Shown here piece by piece: positions 17,445-26,608 of a stretch of DNA of 64,000 nt. Location: IMG/VR virus record IMGVR_UViG_644736339_000001; one strand, written 5' to 3'. The position numbers were made by a program, and so were the translations under genes. The stretch's first letter is position 1, and each line of letters begins with the position of its first letter. The notes beneath the pieces are model-generated. The model worked only from the letters and a program-made list of their open reading frames with translations. It was not told where the DNA came from and ran no database searches. This stretch comes from a virus (lineage: Duplodnaviria; Caudoviricetes).

Positions 17445-17975
17445 TCAGCCGACCTCAATCCGGTACTGCAGAACCCTGCCAGCAGGCAGCATCAGCGAAT
17501 CCGTAACCTCAACCGGGGTGTCATCACCGGTGTACGCAGTACGGAACAACCGGGCCACACGCTTATCGGGCGGGACCTGCAGCAACTGCGCCTCCTCGGC
17601 GTTCGGGGCGGACTCAAGTTCGACTTCTTCATCGGCGTAGGCCAGCGCCAACCCGAGCGCGGCGATAACCGCTGGCGCACCGCCCTTGATCTTCTTGGGG
17701 TCGGCAAGCGGTGTGCCGTGCGCAAGCAGCTCGGGATACCACGAGTTTGCGATCTCCACGGGCTTGTCCTCGATGAGCATCAGCCGGCGGCGGACCACCG
17801 CACGCTCGGCCGCGCCAAGCTGAAGCGCGTCGGCAATCCGCTGCGGCGGCTTCACCGTTTCGACCGCGAGAATCCGCGACGCGCCGCCCCGGTCGGCGGT
17901 AGCCGCAGACCAAGCATCAGGGCCGCTTCGTGCCGCCAGGTAGGCGGCGGAATCATCAGGGTTTTCGTGCATCAA
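17445..17975 (-). CDS. stand-alone UTRA domain protein
   Basis: AVVRRRLMLIEDKPVEIANSWYP...GTPL...IKGG; no wHTH. Confidence 0.85.
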   Translation of the reverse strand: MMHENPDDSAAYLAARSGPDAWSAATADRGGASRILAVETVKPPQRIADALQLGAAERAVVRRRLMLIEDKPVEIANSWYPELLAHGTPLADPKKIKGGAPAVIAALGLALAYADEEVELESAPNAEEAQLLQVPPDKRVARLFRTAYTGDDTPVEVTDSLMLPAGRVLQYRIEVG

Positions 17976-18022
17976 CCGCTCCCTTTGGCGCTCCGACCAG
18001 GACTCATCCAGAGTACGCGAAC

Positions 18023-18045
18023 ACCGGTAAACCTTACCGGTAAGG
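18023..18045. promoter_or_regulatory. palindromic operator candidate
   Basis: Perfect palindrome CCTTACCGGTAAGG (18032-18045) plus ACCGGTAA upstream of the UTRA-GntR operon. Confidence 0.55.
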
Positions 18046-18194
18046 CGCTATGGTCGTATGCCCTGGTCAGGCGCGGTTGTGGGGCCGGGCGCTGCGAAAA
18101 CGAGTCTCGGAAGCAGCCGAAACGAGATCGGAAACACGCCGTTTCGGGGATCGGAAACGCGTGTTTCCAGTACCAGAAACAAGCGTTGGCGTAC

Positions 18195-18449
18195 CTAGCC
18201 CAGCCAGGTGATGCCGGTGACGTGAACCTCGGCAGCGTGTTCGAGAATCAGGAACGTCAGCATGCCGCCGTTGCCGAACGATGCAGTGCGGTGCGCATGG
18301 TGGTCATCAACGGGCTCGTCCGGCTGTCGCTGGAAGTTCCAGGGGTCAGCGCAGATCAGCGCGACCGTCTCCACGAGATCGTCAACCATGCCATAGGGCA
18401 TGCAAACCAGCTGAGCCTTCGCGGTCTCGGTGAACTCCCAGGCATACAC
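18195..18449 (-). CDS. RelE/ParE-like toxin candidate
   Basis: YAWEFTETAKAQL...DPW...LTFLILEHAAEVHVTGITW; follows a DUF6247-like gene. Confidence 0.6.
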   Translation of the reverse strand: MYAWEFTETAKAQLVCMPYGMVDDLVETVALICADPWNFQRQPDEPVDDHHAHRTASFGNGGMLTFLILEHAAEVHVTGITWLG

Positions 18450-18455
18450 CGCGAG

Positions 18456-18842
18456 TCAGCGACGCGCCGCCAGAGACCTCAGCTTGTCCAAGGCGTCCCT
18501 GGATGCGCCCTTCGCCTCCAGGATGGCCAGTACATCGTCCGGGTTGGCCCGTTCGCTGTCCGGGATGCCGTTCACCCGCCAGCCCTCGACCTTCGCCAGG
18601 AACGCCTTGTGCTTGGCAGGGTCGCACCAGCTAATCGACTCGGCCCACCACCACGTCAGCATCTCGTTCAGCGGTTCAAGCGAGTTTGCCTCACGCGCCT
18701 CGGTGTAGGCGCAGTCAAGCGCGGCGTCGAATCGCTCGACCAGGCCCTGCTCGCCGGCGTTCACCAGCACGGCTCGGATCGCGGCCGGAGTACGTGCCGG
18801 CTTCGGCATCACTCTCGGGCTGTGAATCGGCTGGGCGCTCAT
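18456..18842 (-). CDS. DUF6247-like antitoxin candidate
   Basis: MSAQP...RTPAAIRAVL...ERFDAAL...SLEPLNEMLTWWW. Confidence 0.7.
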   Translation of the reverse strand: MSAQPIHSPRVMPKPARTPAAIRAVLVNAGEQGLVERFDAALDCAYTEAREANSLEPLNEMLTWWWAESISWCDPAKHKAFLAKVEGWRVNGIPDSERANPDDVLAILEAKGASRDALDKLRSLAARR

Positions 18843-18970
18843 GCCTGTCACCTTCCCGCGCATGCACTAGTCCACGCAACCCCTACGCCGGTTCGCCAGG
18901 GACTACCTGTTGACGCCGGCGTCACCATCGTGCTTGCGCACTCCCGAACGTTCCTTAACAAGGGCAGCCG

Positions 18971-20170
18971 ATGACCACCGATGACCAGGCCTTCGACCTC
19001 GTCGCGGCCGAAGATTTACGCCTGTCCTACACGTCAGTCCGGGACTGGACAATGCTCCACCCCGAGCTGCGCGGCACGCCATTCCAGCTGTACGCCATCA
19101 TGCGATCACTGGTGATCGACAAGGCCGGAGATCAGCCGTCGCGCCGCATCACCCTCGATCAGTTGTGCTGGCTGCTGCCGGGCGTCAACGGCAAGCCGAC
19201 ATCGCTGACCGTCGTGAAGGACGCGCTTCGAGCGCTGGACAGGCTGGGCTTGGTAACGAACCCCGACAGCGAACGCCTGGTCACGTCCACGGGCGACCGC
19301 GGCATCAAGTCTCGGCGCCGCTTCCAGATCAACGACCTGCCGCCCGACGGATTCCGAGGCTGGCGCAACGCCTGGGACAAGCTGGACAGCTACCGCGAGG
19401 AATGGCGCACCGTCGCACCTAAACCGCCGGCCCTCGGCTCCGCGCCGGTTCGAAACGAACTCGATGACGGCCAGGACCAGCGACCCAAAACGGACGTCGG
19501 CGGCATCGAACAGACTCTCGAGGGTCGGAATTCCGACCATCGAGCCAACCAGGCAGAACAGGACGAAACCCCAGGTCATCTCGATGGTCGGAATTCCGAC
19601 CGTGCTGGACGGAATTCCGCCCACGGCGGACGGAATTCCGTCCGACAACTGGCATCTGACCAGCCCCAACGGGCCCCTAAGAAGTTTCTCAAAGAAGGTT
19701 CTCTCTCTACGGTCGCCTCAGCGGCGACCGATGCGGACCCCACCAGGCGAGAGAGAGAACCCGTCTGCGACGAAGAACCAGACCCCGCCGACCTGATCGT
19801 GAAGGCGTGGGCCGACGCCTGGACCAGAACCCGCAGCGGCCCATACCCCGTCAGGTCCCCGGACGCCGTTCGTCGCAATGCCCGGCGACTCCTGGCCGAC
19901 GGCAGCAATGTCGACCTTCTGTGCATGGCCGCAGCCAACATGGCCGAGCGCGGCTGGATCGACCTCGACAAGCACCTGGAGCGCTGGATCCCACCGAAGA
20001 CGCCGGGATCGCCCGCAGCCGACACATCCGGCCGTACCGCAGCCGACTGCCGCTGGTGCGACCCGTTCGGCTGGTACGAGCATGCCAACGGCGACGGCGC
20101 CCGCTGTAACCACCCCAACGACCCGCCGGCCGGACACCCGGCCGCCACCAACACCAGGAGCGCCGCATGA
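18971..20170 (+). CDS. replication initiator (wHTH) with internal iterons
   Basis: YTSVRDW...LYAIMRS...VKDALRALDRLGLV; GRNSD repeats from iterons; C-terminal CRWCD..CNHP; coupled to dnaB. Confidence 0.8.
   Translation: MTTDDQAFDLVAAEDLRLSYTSVRDWTMLHPELRGTPFQLYAIMRSLVIDKAGDQPSRRITLDQLCWLLPGVNGKPTSLTVVKDALRALDRLGLVTNPDSERLVTSTGDRGIKSRRRFQINDLPPDGFRGWRNAWDKLDSYREEWRTVAPKPPALGSAPVRNELDDGQDQRPKTDVGGIEQTLEGRNSDHRANQAEQDETPGHLDGRNSDRAGRNSAHGGRNSVRQLASDQPQRAPKKFLKEGSLSTVASAATDADPTRREREPVCDEEPDPADLIVKAWADAWTRTRSGPYPVRSPDAVRRNARRLLADGSNVDLLCMAAANMAERGWIDLDKHLERWIPPKTPGSPAADTSGRTAADCRWCDPFGWYEHANGDGARCNHPNDPPAGHPAATNTRSAA
19523..19643. repeat. four palindromic 16-bp iterons, putative origin 1
   Basis: GGTCGGAATTCCGACC at 19523 and 19586; variants at 19607 and 19628; AT-richer tract follows. 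Confidence 0.85.
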
Positions 20171-21513
20171 CCGACCAGGAGACCGACGCGCCAGGGCATA
20201 TCCGCACCCCGCCGTCCGACCTCGACGCCGAACAGTGCGTCCTCGGCGGCATGCTGCTGTCCGCCGATGCCATCGGCGACGTCCTTGACCTGCCGCTCGC
20301 CGGCAACGACTTTTACAAACCCGCCCACGAGACGATCTTCGCCGCGATCCTGGACCTGCACAGCCGCAGCGAACCCGCAGACGCCGTCACCGTCGGCGCA
20401 CTACTTGCCAAATCCGGCGACCTTAACCACATCGGCGGCGGACCCTACCTGCACACCCTCATTAACTCGGTGCCGACCGCAGCCAACGCCGGCTACTACG
20501 CCGACATCGTCAAAGAACTCGCAGTCCTACGCCGCCTCGGCGAAGCCGGAACCCGCATTGTCCAAATGAGCTACGTCACCGACCGGTCCGACGCCGCCAC
20601 CGTCGTCGACCTCGCCGCGGCCGAAATCCAGGCCGTCACCGGAGACACCCGGACCGACGGCGTCACCACAGTCGCCGACGAAGCCGAAACCTTCCTTGAA
20701 GGGCTGCTCGACAACACCAAACCCCGCAACTACCTGCCCACCCCCTACCGGGACTTCCGCGACGCCGTACCCATCGAAGGCGGCGACATGGTCGTCGTGG
20801 CCGGCGACACCGGCATGGGCAAGTCCGTCGTGATGGTTGACTTCGTCCGCCACGCCGCCATCGAATGCCGCAAGCGCACGCTGCTGGTATCGATCGAGAT
20901 GAACGCCGACCAGCTCATGCAGCGCATGTTCGCCGCCGAAGCGAAAGTGCCCCTGCACCACCTGCGCGGCGACGTCAACATCGACGACTTCGAACAGAAA
21001 CGGCTCGGCAAAGCAGCCGGCCGGATCCTCGACGCACCCATCGACATGATCGTTGACGGAACGGTCACGCTCGGCCGGATCCGCTCCACCCTGCGCCGCA
21101 TGCAAGCCCGGCACATGCTGCCCGAGCTGGTCGTCATCGACTACCTGCAGATCCTCACCCCCGAACGCGAAACCGGAAACCGCACCATCGACGTCGGCGC
21201 GCTGTCCCGCGGAATCAAGCGCATCGCCATGGACTTCCGGATACCGGTTATCGTCGGCGCCCAGCTCAACCGGCAGCTCAACGGCCGCACCGACAAGCGC
21301 CCCGTCCTGTCCGACCTGCGCGAGTCGGGATCCATCGGGCAGGACGCGAACATCGTGGTGCTGCTGTACCGGGAGGACTACTACGAGCGCGAATCCCCGC
21401 GCGCCGGCGAACTCGAACTGATCGTCGCGAAGAACCGGCAGGGCCCGCTGTGCAACATCACCATCGGCTTTCAGGGGCATTATTCGCGGGCCCTGGACAT
21501 GGCGCAGACGTGA
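20167..21513 (+). CDS. dnaB: replicative DNA helicase
   Basis: PPSDLDAEQCVLG, GDTGMGKS, SIEM, VIDYLQ, AQLNR, DLRESGSIGQDA, AKNRQG. Confidence 0.97.
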   Translation: MTDQETDAPGHIRTPPSDLDAEQCVLGGMLLSADAIGDVLDLPLAGNDFYKPAHETIFAAILDLHSRSEPADAVTVGALLAKSGDLNHIGGGPYLHTLINSVPTAANAGYYADIVKELAVLRRLGEAGTRIVQMSYVTDRSDAATVVDLAAAEIQAVTGDTRTDGVTTVADEAETFLEGLLDNTKPRNYLPTPYRDFRDAVPIEGGDMVVVAGDTGMGKSVVMVDFVRHAAIECRKRTLLVSIEMNADQLMQRMFAAEAKVPLHHLRGDVNIDDFEQKRLGKAAGRILDAPIDMIVDGTVTLGRIRSTLRRMQARHMLPELVVIDYLQILTPERETGNRTIDVGALSRGIKRIAMDFRIPVIVGAQLNRQLNGRTDKRPVLSDLRESGSIGQDANIVVLLYREDYYERESPRAGELELIVAKNRQGPLCNITIGFQGHYSRALDMAQT

Positions 21514-21521
21514 CCAGCGGG

Positions 21522-22064
21522 TCAGCGGTTCGTCCAGGCCCAGCGGAACCGATACGCGCCGGCAACCAGCCGCATGTCCGACACCTTAACCACCTGCCCG
21601 GATGCGTCGATGCCGCGCCGCACAATCCGCACCACCGCAGTCATGTCGTCGATGCCGAGCCTGTCCCGCTCATCGGCAGTCACGTTCTCACGCTCAACGA
21701 ACTCAACGTCCTCGGAAAACGAAACCAGCTCGTGCCCGAGTTCAGCCAGCCGCGCCGGGACGCCACCGGGGCCGGTGTTCAAGCCTCCGATCGGCGTGCC
21801 CTCGGCGAGCTTCGCCGGCAGGTAGGAACGGGCCCAGCAGACGCGCTTGCCGTCCACCGCGTAGACGCGGTCACGGACGATCGCGTTCCTGCCGAGATCG
21901 GCGGCGTCTTCGTCTCCCGCGTCTTCTGCATAGGTGACGGCCAACTCGAGAACCTCAAACTGGCGGTCGCCGGCATCGGCGGACCATACGGACTTGCCTG
22001 CGGTGCGCGGCTCGGCGGACAGGCGGGCGTTGGCGTCACGGAAGATCGGCTCAAAGTCGGTCAC
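21522..22064 (-). CDS. stand-alone UTRA domain protein
   Basis: IVRDRVYAVDGKRVCWARSYLP...GTPI...NTGPGGVPARL. Confidence 0.85.
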   Translation of the reverse strand: MTDFEPIFRDANARLSAEPRTAGKSVWSADAGDRQFEVLELAVTYAEDAGDEDAADLGRNAIVRDRVYAVDGKRVCWARSYLPAKLAEGTPIGGLNTGPGGVPARLAELGHELVSFSEDVEFVERENVTADERDRLGIDDMTAVVRIVRRGIDASGQVVKVSDMRLVAGAYRFRWAWTNR

Positions 22065-22073
22065 GGCGCCGTC

Positions 22074-22331
22074 CTACCCTGCCCACACAACGTCAACGAT
22101 TGTCACCGTCGCAGCGGTTTCGTTCACCACGTAAACAATCATTCCGTATGGTCCAACCGCCAACATCCGCGTAACGAACGCGCCCTCGGATTTCACCGAC
22201 GAGCCAACACCGTGCGGATCGTTCGGCAACTCCAGCATCGCCAGCACAAACGCCTGGTGGATGTCCTTGGCCATGGCCGGGCTTCCCACCACAGCGGAGG
22301 CTTCCTCGGTGATGACCAGGCTGTAGCTCAC
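22074..22331 (-). CDS. RelE/ParE-like toxin candidate
   Basis: YSLVITEEAS...LPNDPHG...GMIVYVVNETAATVTIVDVVW. Confidence 0.6.
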   Translation of the reverse strand: MSYSLVITEEASAVVGSPAMAKDIHQAFVLAMLELPNDPHGVGSSVKSEGAFVTRMLAVGPYGMIVYVVNETAATVTIVDVVWAG

Positions 22332-22648
22332 CGGCTGCTATGCCCGACGTATGGGCGGCCGTGGCGCTGCTCGAACTGCTCGGCGAAGTCCGGAATCACG
22401 TCTTCGATCGGGACCGTCCGTGCCGTACCGGCCTTGACCTGCTCGACCCGGCCCCAGGTGCCGGCGCGGTTCATGACCGCGGTCAGCCACCACTTCTCGA
22501 CTGTGGCCCGCAGGCTGCCGGCTTCGATGTCCTCAAGCTCGGCCATGAACTGGTTCCGCTGCTCGGCCGTGAGCGCCTGCTTTATGGCGCGGATCGTGCG
22601 CGGCAGGGAGATTCGGTGTGGTGTCGCATCCGACGGCTCGGCACTCAT
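22328..22648 (-). CDS. DUF6247-like antitoxin candidate
   Basis: MSAEP...PRTIRAIKQALTAEQRNQFMAEL...VEKWW. Confidence 0.7.
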   Translation of the reverse strand: MSAEPSDATPHRISLPRTIRAIKQALTAEQRNQFMAELEDIEAGSLRATVEKWWLTAVMNRAGTWGRVEQVKAGTARTVPIEDVIPDFAEQFEQRHGRPYVGHSSR

Positions 22649-22781
22649 AAGGCCAACGTACCGGCGCGGTGCGGTCACCGCCATGATGACCTCGCACTTT
22701 GGTGGATGCACTTTCCTGTATGAACTGCTGGTCGGCGCATGTTTCAATGCGACGGCACGGGCAGCTGCCACGCGCTCCATT

Positions 22782-23225
22782 TCAGCCACAGTCCCCAATC
22801 GTGACCTGGGCTTTCTTCAGCCTCGGTGCTGGCGTGGCGTCGGGGTTGTAGCCCGGGTTGTCGCTGAGCCAAGCCGCTTGGGTGCAGTCGCCAGGCCCGT
22901 TCGGGCTCGAGGTTTTGAGCGTGTCGAACGTCAGCTTGCAGTGCTCCGGGTCAGTGCCGCCAAGCTCGATTGCCGAGTCCGGCAGGCCCGGTTCCCGCTG
23001 CCATTCGATGACGTCGCCGCGGTCCGGCAGGGGAGTGGCGCAGGTTTCAACCGGCACGGACGGCTCGCTGGTGGTGCTCACGGCCGGGGGTGTTGCGGTA
23101 GTGGCAACACCGGCTGGGTGCGCTGCCGGGGCGGCTGCGGGCTTGCTGGCGCTACTGGAGCATCCCGCCAGCATCAGGACGGCAGCAGCTGCAACGGCGG
23201 TGGCTGTACGACGCATCGTGTCCAC
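22782..23225 (-). CDS. lipoprotein
   Basis: Signal peptide with lipobox LAGC. Confidence 0.75.
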   Translation of the reverse strand: MDTMRRTATAVAAAAVLMLAGCSSSASKPAAAPAAHPAGVATTATPPAVSTTSEPSVPVETCATPLPDRGDVIEWQREPGLPDSAIELGGTDPEHCKLTFDTLKTSSPNGPGDCTQAAWLSDNPGYNPDATPAPRLKKAQVTIGDCG

Positions 23226-23792
23226 CTAGCCGATCGTCCACTGCGCAACGTTGTCGCCGCCAAGACTGGTCAGCGCGTACTGCACCTGCGTGATCTTCTG
23301 CCCGTCGGGGACTTGGAAATCGACGAACCCCAACGCGGTATCGCCCGCCGTGAGATTCACACTCGACGGCATGTCCGCGCCGGCCGTTGTCGTCGCGAAA
23401 GCGATGCTCATCGTCTCCCCGGCGGCGTTCTTCACCGTCACGTCCGCCTGCGGGTCGTCGGAGTACACGCCGCTGCCCTGGTTGACGACGCGAACCTGAA
23501 GGGCAACGAAGTGTTTGCCTGCGTCGGGGACGGTGAACTCGTCGGAGCCCTTCGCCGGGTCGACGATCTTCACGAGGGTCACGGCGAGTTTGGCGTTCCG
23601 GCCGCTGATCTTGACGGTGTCGCCGAGTCCTGCCTTCTTCGGCGCGGCCGAGGTGCTGCTGGTTGCGGCGGCATGGGCTGCGGTTGTCGCAGCCTCGGCG
23701 GGCGCTACGGGCGTGGTGTTGACCTTGGCGCTGGTACAGCCGCCGAGGGCGGCGAGCGTGAGTACAGCGGTGATGGTTGGTATGCGGCGCAT
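23226..23792 (-). CDS. DUF4352-like lipoprotein
   Basis: Lipobox LGGC; GDTV...VTLVKIVDPA...FVALQVRVVNQG...GFVDFQVP. Confidence 0.8.
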   Translation of the reverse strand: MRRIPTITAVLTLAALGGCTSAKVNTTPVAPAEAATTAAHAAATSSTSAAPKKAGLGDTVKISGRNAKLAVTLVKIVDPAKGSDEFTVPDAGKHFVALQVRVVNQGSGVYSDDPQADVTVKNAAGETMSIAFATTTAGADMPSSVNLTAGDTALGFVDFQVPDGQKITQVQYALTSLGGDNVAQWTIG

Positions 23793-24009
23793 GTGAATCC
23801 CCCCAGGGATAGGCAACAGACCTCGTCACGCTACGGGCTGGCGGGGGTGGCGCTACGGGGTGTGGCCGGATCGTTGCTGATCGAATCAGGGGTCGCACTT
23901 ACCTGCTACGCGGAAACGGCCGCGACCCGAAGGTCACGGCCGTTCAACACCCGATTCGATTCCGAGCCAAGCCTACTCGGGGCCGATCAATCCCAACAGG
24001 CAGCGCGCA

Positions 24010-24180
24010 TCAGTCATCGGCCCAGTCGAAGCCGCGAAGCGGTTCCCCAGGCGCATCAAGCTCATCCAGCCGCGCCCGGACAACGGCAGCCATGTCCTCG
24101 CTCATTGCCCAGCCGGCCAACGGCGACTCCTCAGGTGGCTCGCTGTCGTCAACGTCGTGGTAGTCGTCGAAACCGTTCAT
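24010..24180 (-). CDS. small acidic protein
   Basis: MNGFDDYHDVDDSEPPEE..., RBS-like AGGGGG. Confidence 0.45.
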   Translation of the reverse strand: MNGFDDYHDVDDSEPPEESPLAGWAMSEDMAAVVRARLDELDAPGEPLRGFDWADD

Positions 24181-24556
24181 ATTGCCCCCTGAAATCCGGC
24201 TGCCTGGCAATGGCCAAACGCGTTCGCAGCGTAACCCGAAACCGGCTTGATCGGCCCGGTTTGACCAAGATTCAGCATGATCGGGTCAAGCCACGGCAAA
24301 GAGATCCACAAGTCGCGTCGTCGCAGTGCTGGATCATGCCTTCGCCGCAGGTCAGAGGTGTCGTTTTGGGACGTGCGGGACCCCTGGACGCGGTAAGATT
24401 TATCAGCACAGAAACGCCAAAACCGGGCCCGAAGGCCCGGCCCTGGACGACGAGTGTGCAGCCCGTCGTAAAGCTCTCCGTCGCACCCACGCAAGGAGAC
24501 CGCATGAAGCGTGTCTTAAGTATATACAACACCACGAACTGTGTGGTGGTGTTCGC

Positions 24557-25597
24557 GTGAACATCGAGGTCCACCGTCTCCGAGTCGGCGCGTCTGGATT
24601 CGAACGCGCGCCAAACGGGGCGACCTTCAACAAGGAACTGTCGATCGCTGCCATCGGGCTGCTGGTGCGACTACTGGCCGACGGCTGCAACCACTCGTCC
24701 ATCGATGCAATCGCCGAGTTCTACAGTCCAGGCAGCGCGGACGGGAAGCAGCGGCGGGGGATGGGGCGCGATGCCTACCGGGCTGCCGCCAAGGAGTTGG
24801 AAGCGGAAGGCCACCTTGCGCGAGAGCGGATCGTGGTGAACGGGCTTCCAGGCTGGCGGATTCAAGTTTTCGCGCAGCCGAATGTGCCTAATGCCCGTTC
24901 CGTCCCAACGACGGCTAAGCCACTTCCGGCCTCACCTGCGGGAACGACGCATTCTCCCAGCTCGTCTCCGGTGACGGCTGAACCACTTTCGGTTTCACCT
25001 GCGGAAACAGGGCAAACGCCCAGTTCGCGCCCAACGACGGCTAAGCCGTCGTCATTCCTTACAGACTTTTCTACAGACGAACAGACCCCTTTCCCCCACC
25101 TTCCCAGTGACGCTCCAGATTGGATGCCGCCAGCTGGCGCGGAGGGGGAGGAGGTCCAGGAGGAGGGGGAGGGTTCGGAAATCGAAGACGAGGTTCAAAA
25201 GCGCGCTGCCGTCTTCGTTGAGCAGCTCCCCTTCGACCGGCACCCAGGACGCCGACGACGGCAGGGACTCCAGGCGGTCGTTTCCCAAAATCTGGCCTCC
25301 GGCTGGTCCGAGGACGACCTCATGGAGGTCTGTGTTGCCGGTCTGGCGACCGCCAACGATCGGATAGCGGTCTGGATGTCCAGGCTCGATCCGGAGGAGC
25401 TTGGTCCTGCTCCAAAAGCGGAGCAGGACGATTCTGAAGCGAATTTGAAGCCGGGGTGGGTTCCGAAGCCGCGCCGCAACTCTGATGGCCACCAGACGTG
25501 GCAGGACCCCGATTCGCATAGCTACCACGCCCCAAAGGGCCAGCACCAAGGCTGGGAGAACCCCACCGACCCCGATGCCTACGAAGGCACGTTCTGA
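24557..25597 (+). CDS. second replication initiator-like wHTH protein
   Basis: GTG 24557; GFERAPN...LSIAAIGLLVRLL...GRDAYRAAAKELEAEGHLARER; internal 63-bp repeats. Confidence 0.72.
   Translation: MNIEVHRLRVGASGFERAPNGATFNKELSIAAIGLLVRLLADGCNHSSIDAIAEFYSPGSADGKQRRGMGRDAYRAAAKELEAEGHLARERIVVNGLPGWRIQVFAQPNVPNARSVPTTAKPLPASPAGTTHSPSSSPVTAEPLSVSPAETGQTPSSRPTTAKPSSFLTDFSTDEQTPFPHLPSDAPDWMPPAGAEGEEVQEEGEGSEIEDEVQKRAAVFVEQLPFDRHPGRRRRQGLQAVVSQNLASGWSEDDLMEVCVAGLATANDRIAVWMSRLDPEELGPAPKAEQDDSEANLKPGWVPKPRRNSDGHQTWQDPDSHSYHAPKGQHQGWENPTDPDAYEGTF
24904..25048 (+). repeat. 63-bp-period tandem repeats, putative origin 2
   Basis: GACGGCT core at 24910, 24973 and 25036; CCCAACGACGGCTAAGCC twice; TCACCTGCGG twice. 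Confidence 0.75.
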
Positions 25598-25609
25598 TTA
25601 GGAGGAATC

Positions 25610-26608
25610 ATGTCCGACGACCTCATCCTCTTCGAGGCGAAGCCGATGCCGAAGCGACGGACCGCCCACATTGACGCCCTACCGGAGCCGCTGGTCGACA
25701 CCTTCGAAGAGTTCTGGCGCGCCTACCCCCGGAAGGTCGGCAAGGCGCACGCGCGGAAGATCTACGCGAAGGCGGTCGCCAACGGCGCCGATCCGACGAA
25801 GATCCTGGCCGCCGCGCAGGAGTTCCGCAGCTACTGCGAGGACACCGGCCGCGAACAGAAGTTCATCCGGCATGCCGCTCGCTGGCTGAATGAGGCGTCG
25901 TGGGGGAAGGGGCTGCCGTTTGCCGATGCGCCGCTTCGGGTGAAGCCCGTGCAACCTCCGACCCCTGATGAACTTGCGCTTCTGGAGCCTGTGACGCCCC
26001 GACCACAGCGCTCCAGCAGCCGGGTACCGGTGCCCCGCGATACGCAACAGCGCGCCGACATCCTTGCCCGCGCCTACTGCGTCCTTCAGCCGCTGAGCTA
26101 TCACCACCGCGTCATGCGGATCGTGGAGGGCGCGATTGCTGCCGGCCGCTGGCACGACAAGGAGATCCGCTGGGCGCTGCTGCAACTGGCGAAAGCGGAT
26201 CGCAAGGTGACTGCCGAGACGTTGCGTACCGAGCTGCTTTACCGGCTGAGCGAGCGTCGGCAGGAGCGTGAATCCGGCACGTTGAGTCCGGACGCGGTGG
26301 TGTATCTCATCAAGGCCGACGAGTCGCCACTGGTGAAGATAGGCACCTCCGAGACGGCGCCGGAGCGGTTGTACGCGCTTCAATTGTCCTGCCCGGTGGA
26401 GTTGCGGATCTTGCACACCGTTCCCGGTACCTACGAGCTGGAGAAGGCGCTGCACCACGAGTTCCGGAGCCGGCGGCGGCACGGGGAGTGGTTCGACTTC
26501 TCTGACGTCGACCCGGTCGAAGCAGTAACACGTCGACTGCCGCACGTTCTGAAGCGGTTGGAAGAAGCGCGCACCGCCGCCAACACCCTGACCAAGGAGC
26601 CTTCATGA
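25610..26608 (+). CDS. phage Rep C-terminal-like domain fused to T5orf172/GIY-YIG-like domain
   Basis: FEEFWRAYPRKVGK...HAARWLN; VVYLI...VKIGTS...ERL..LQ...LEKALHHEF...GEWF. Confidence 0.8.
   Translation: MSDDLILFEAKPMPKRRTAHIDALPEPLVDTFEEFWRAYPRKVGKAHARKIYAKAVANGADPTKILAAAQEFRSYCEDTGREQKFIRHAARWLNEASWGKGLPFADAPLRVKPVQPPTPDELALLEPVTPRPQRSSSRVPVPRDTQQRADILARAYCVLQPLSYHHRVMRIVEGAIAAGRWHDKEIRWALLQLAKADRKVTAETLRTELLYRLSERRQERESGTLSPDAVVYLIKADESPLVKIGTSETAPERLYALQLSCPVELRILHTVPGTYELEKALHHEFRSRRRHGEWFDFSDVDPVEAVTRRLPHVLKRLEEARTAANTLTKEPS

Noticed and set aside
16671-18974. 767-aa plus-strand ORF
   Set aside because: Antisense shadow of the GntR, UTRA and TA genes
21450-24560. 1036-aa plus-strand ORF
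   Set aside because: Antisense shadow of several well-supported minus-strand genes; typical of high-GC DNA, with no motifs
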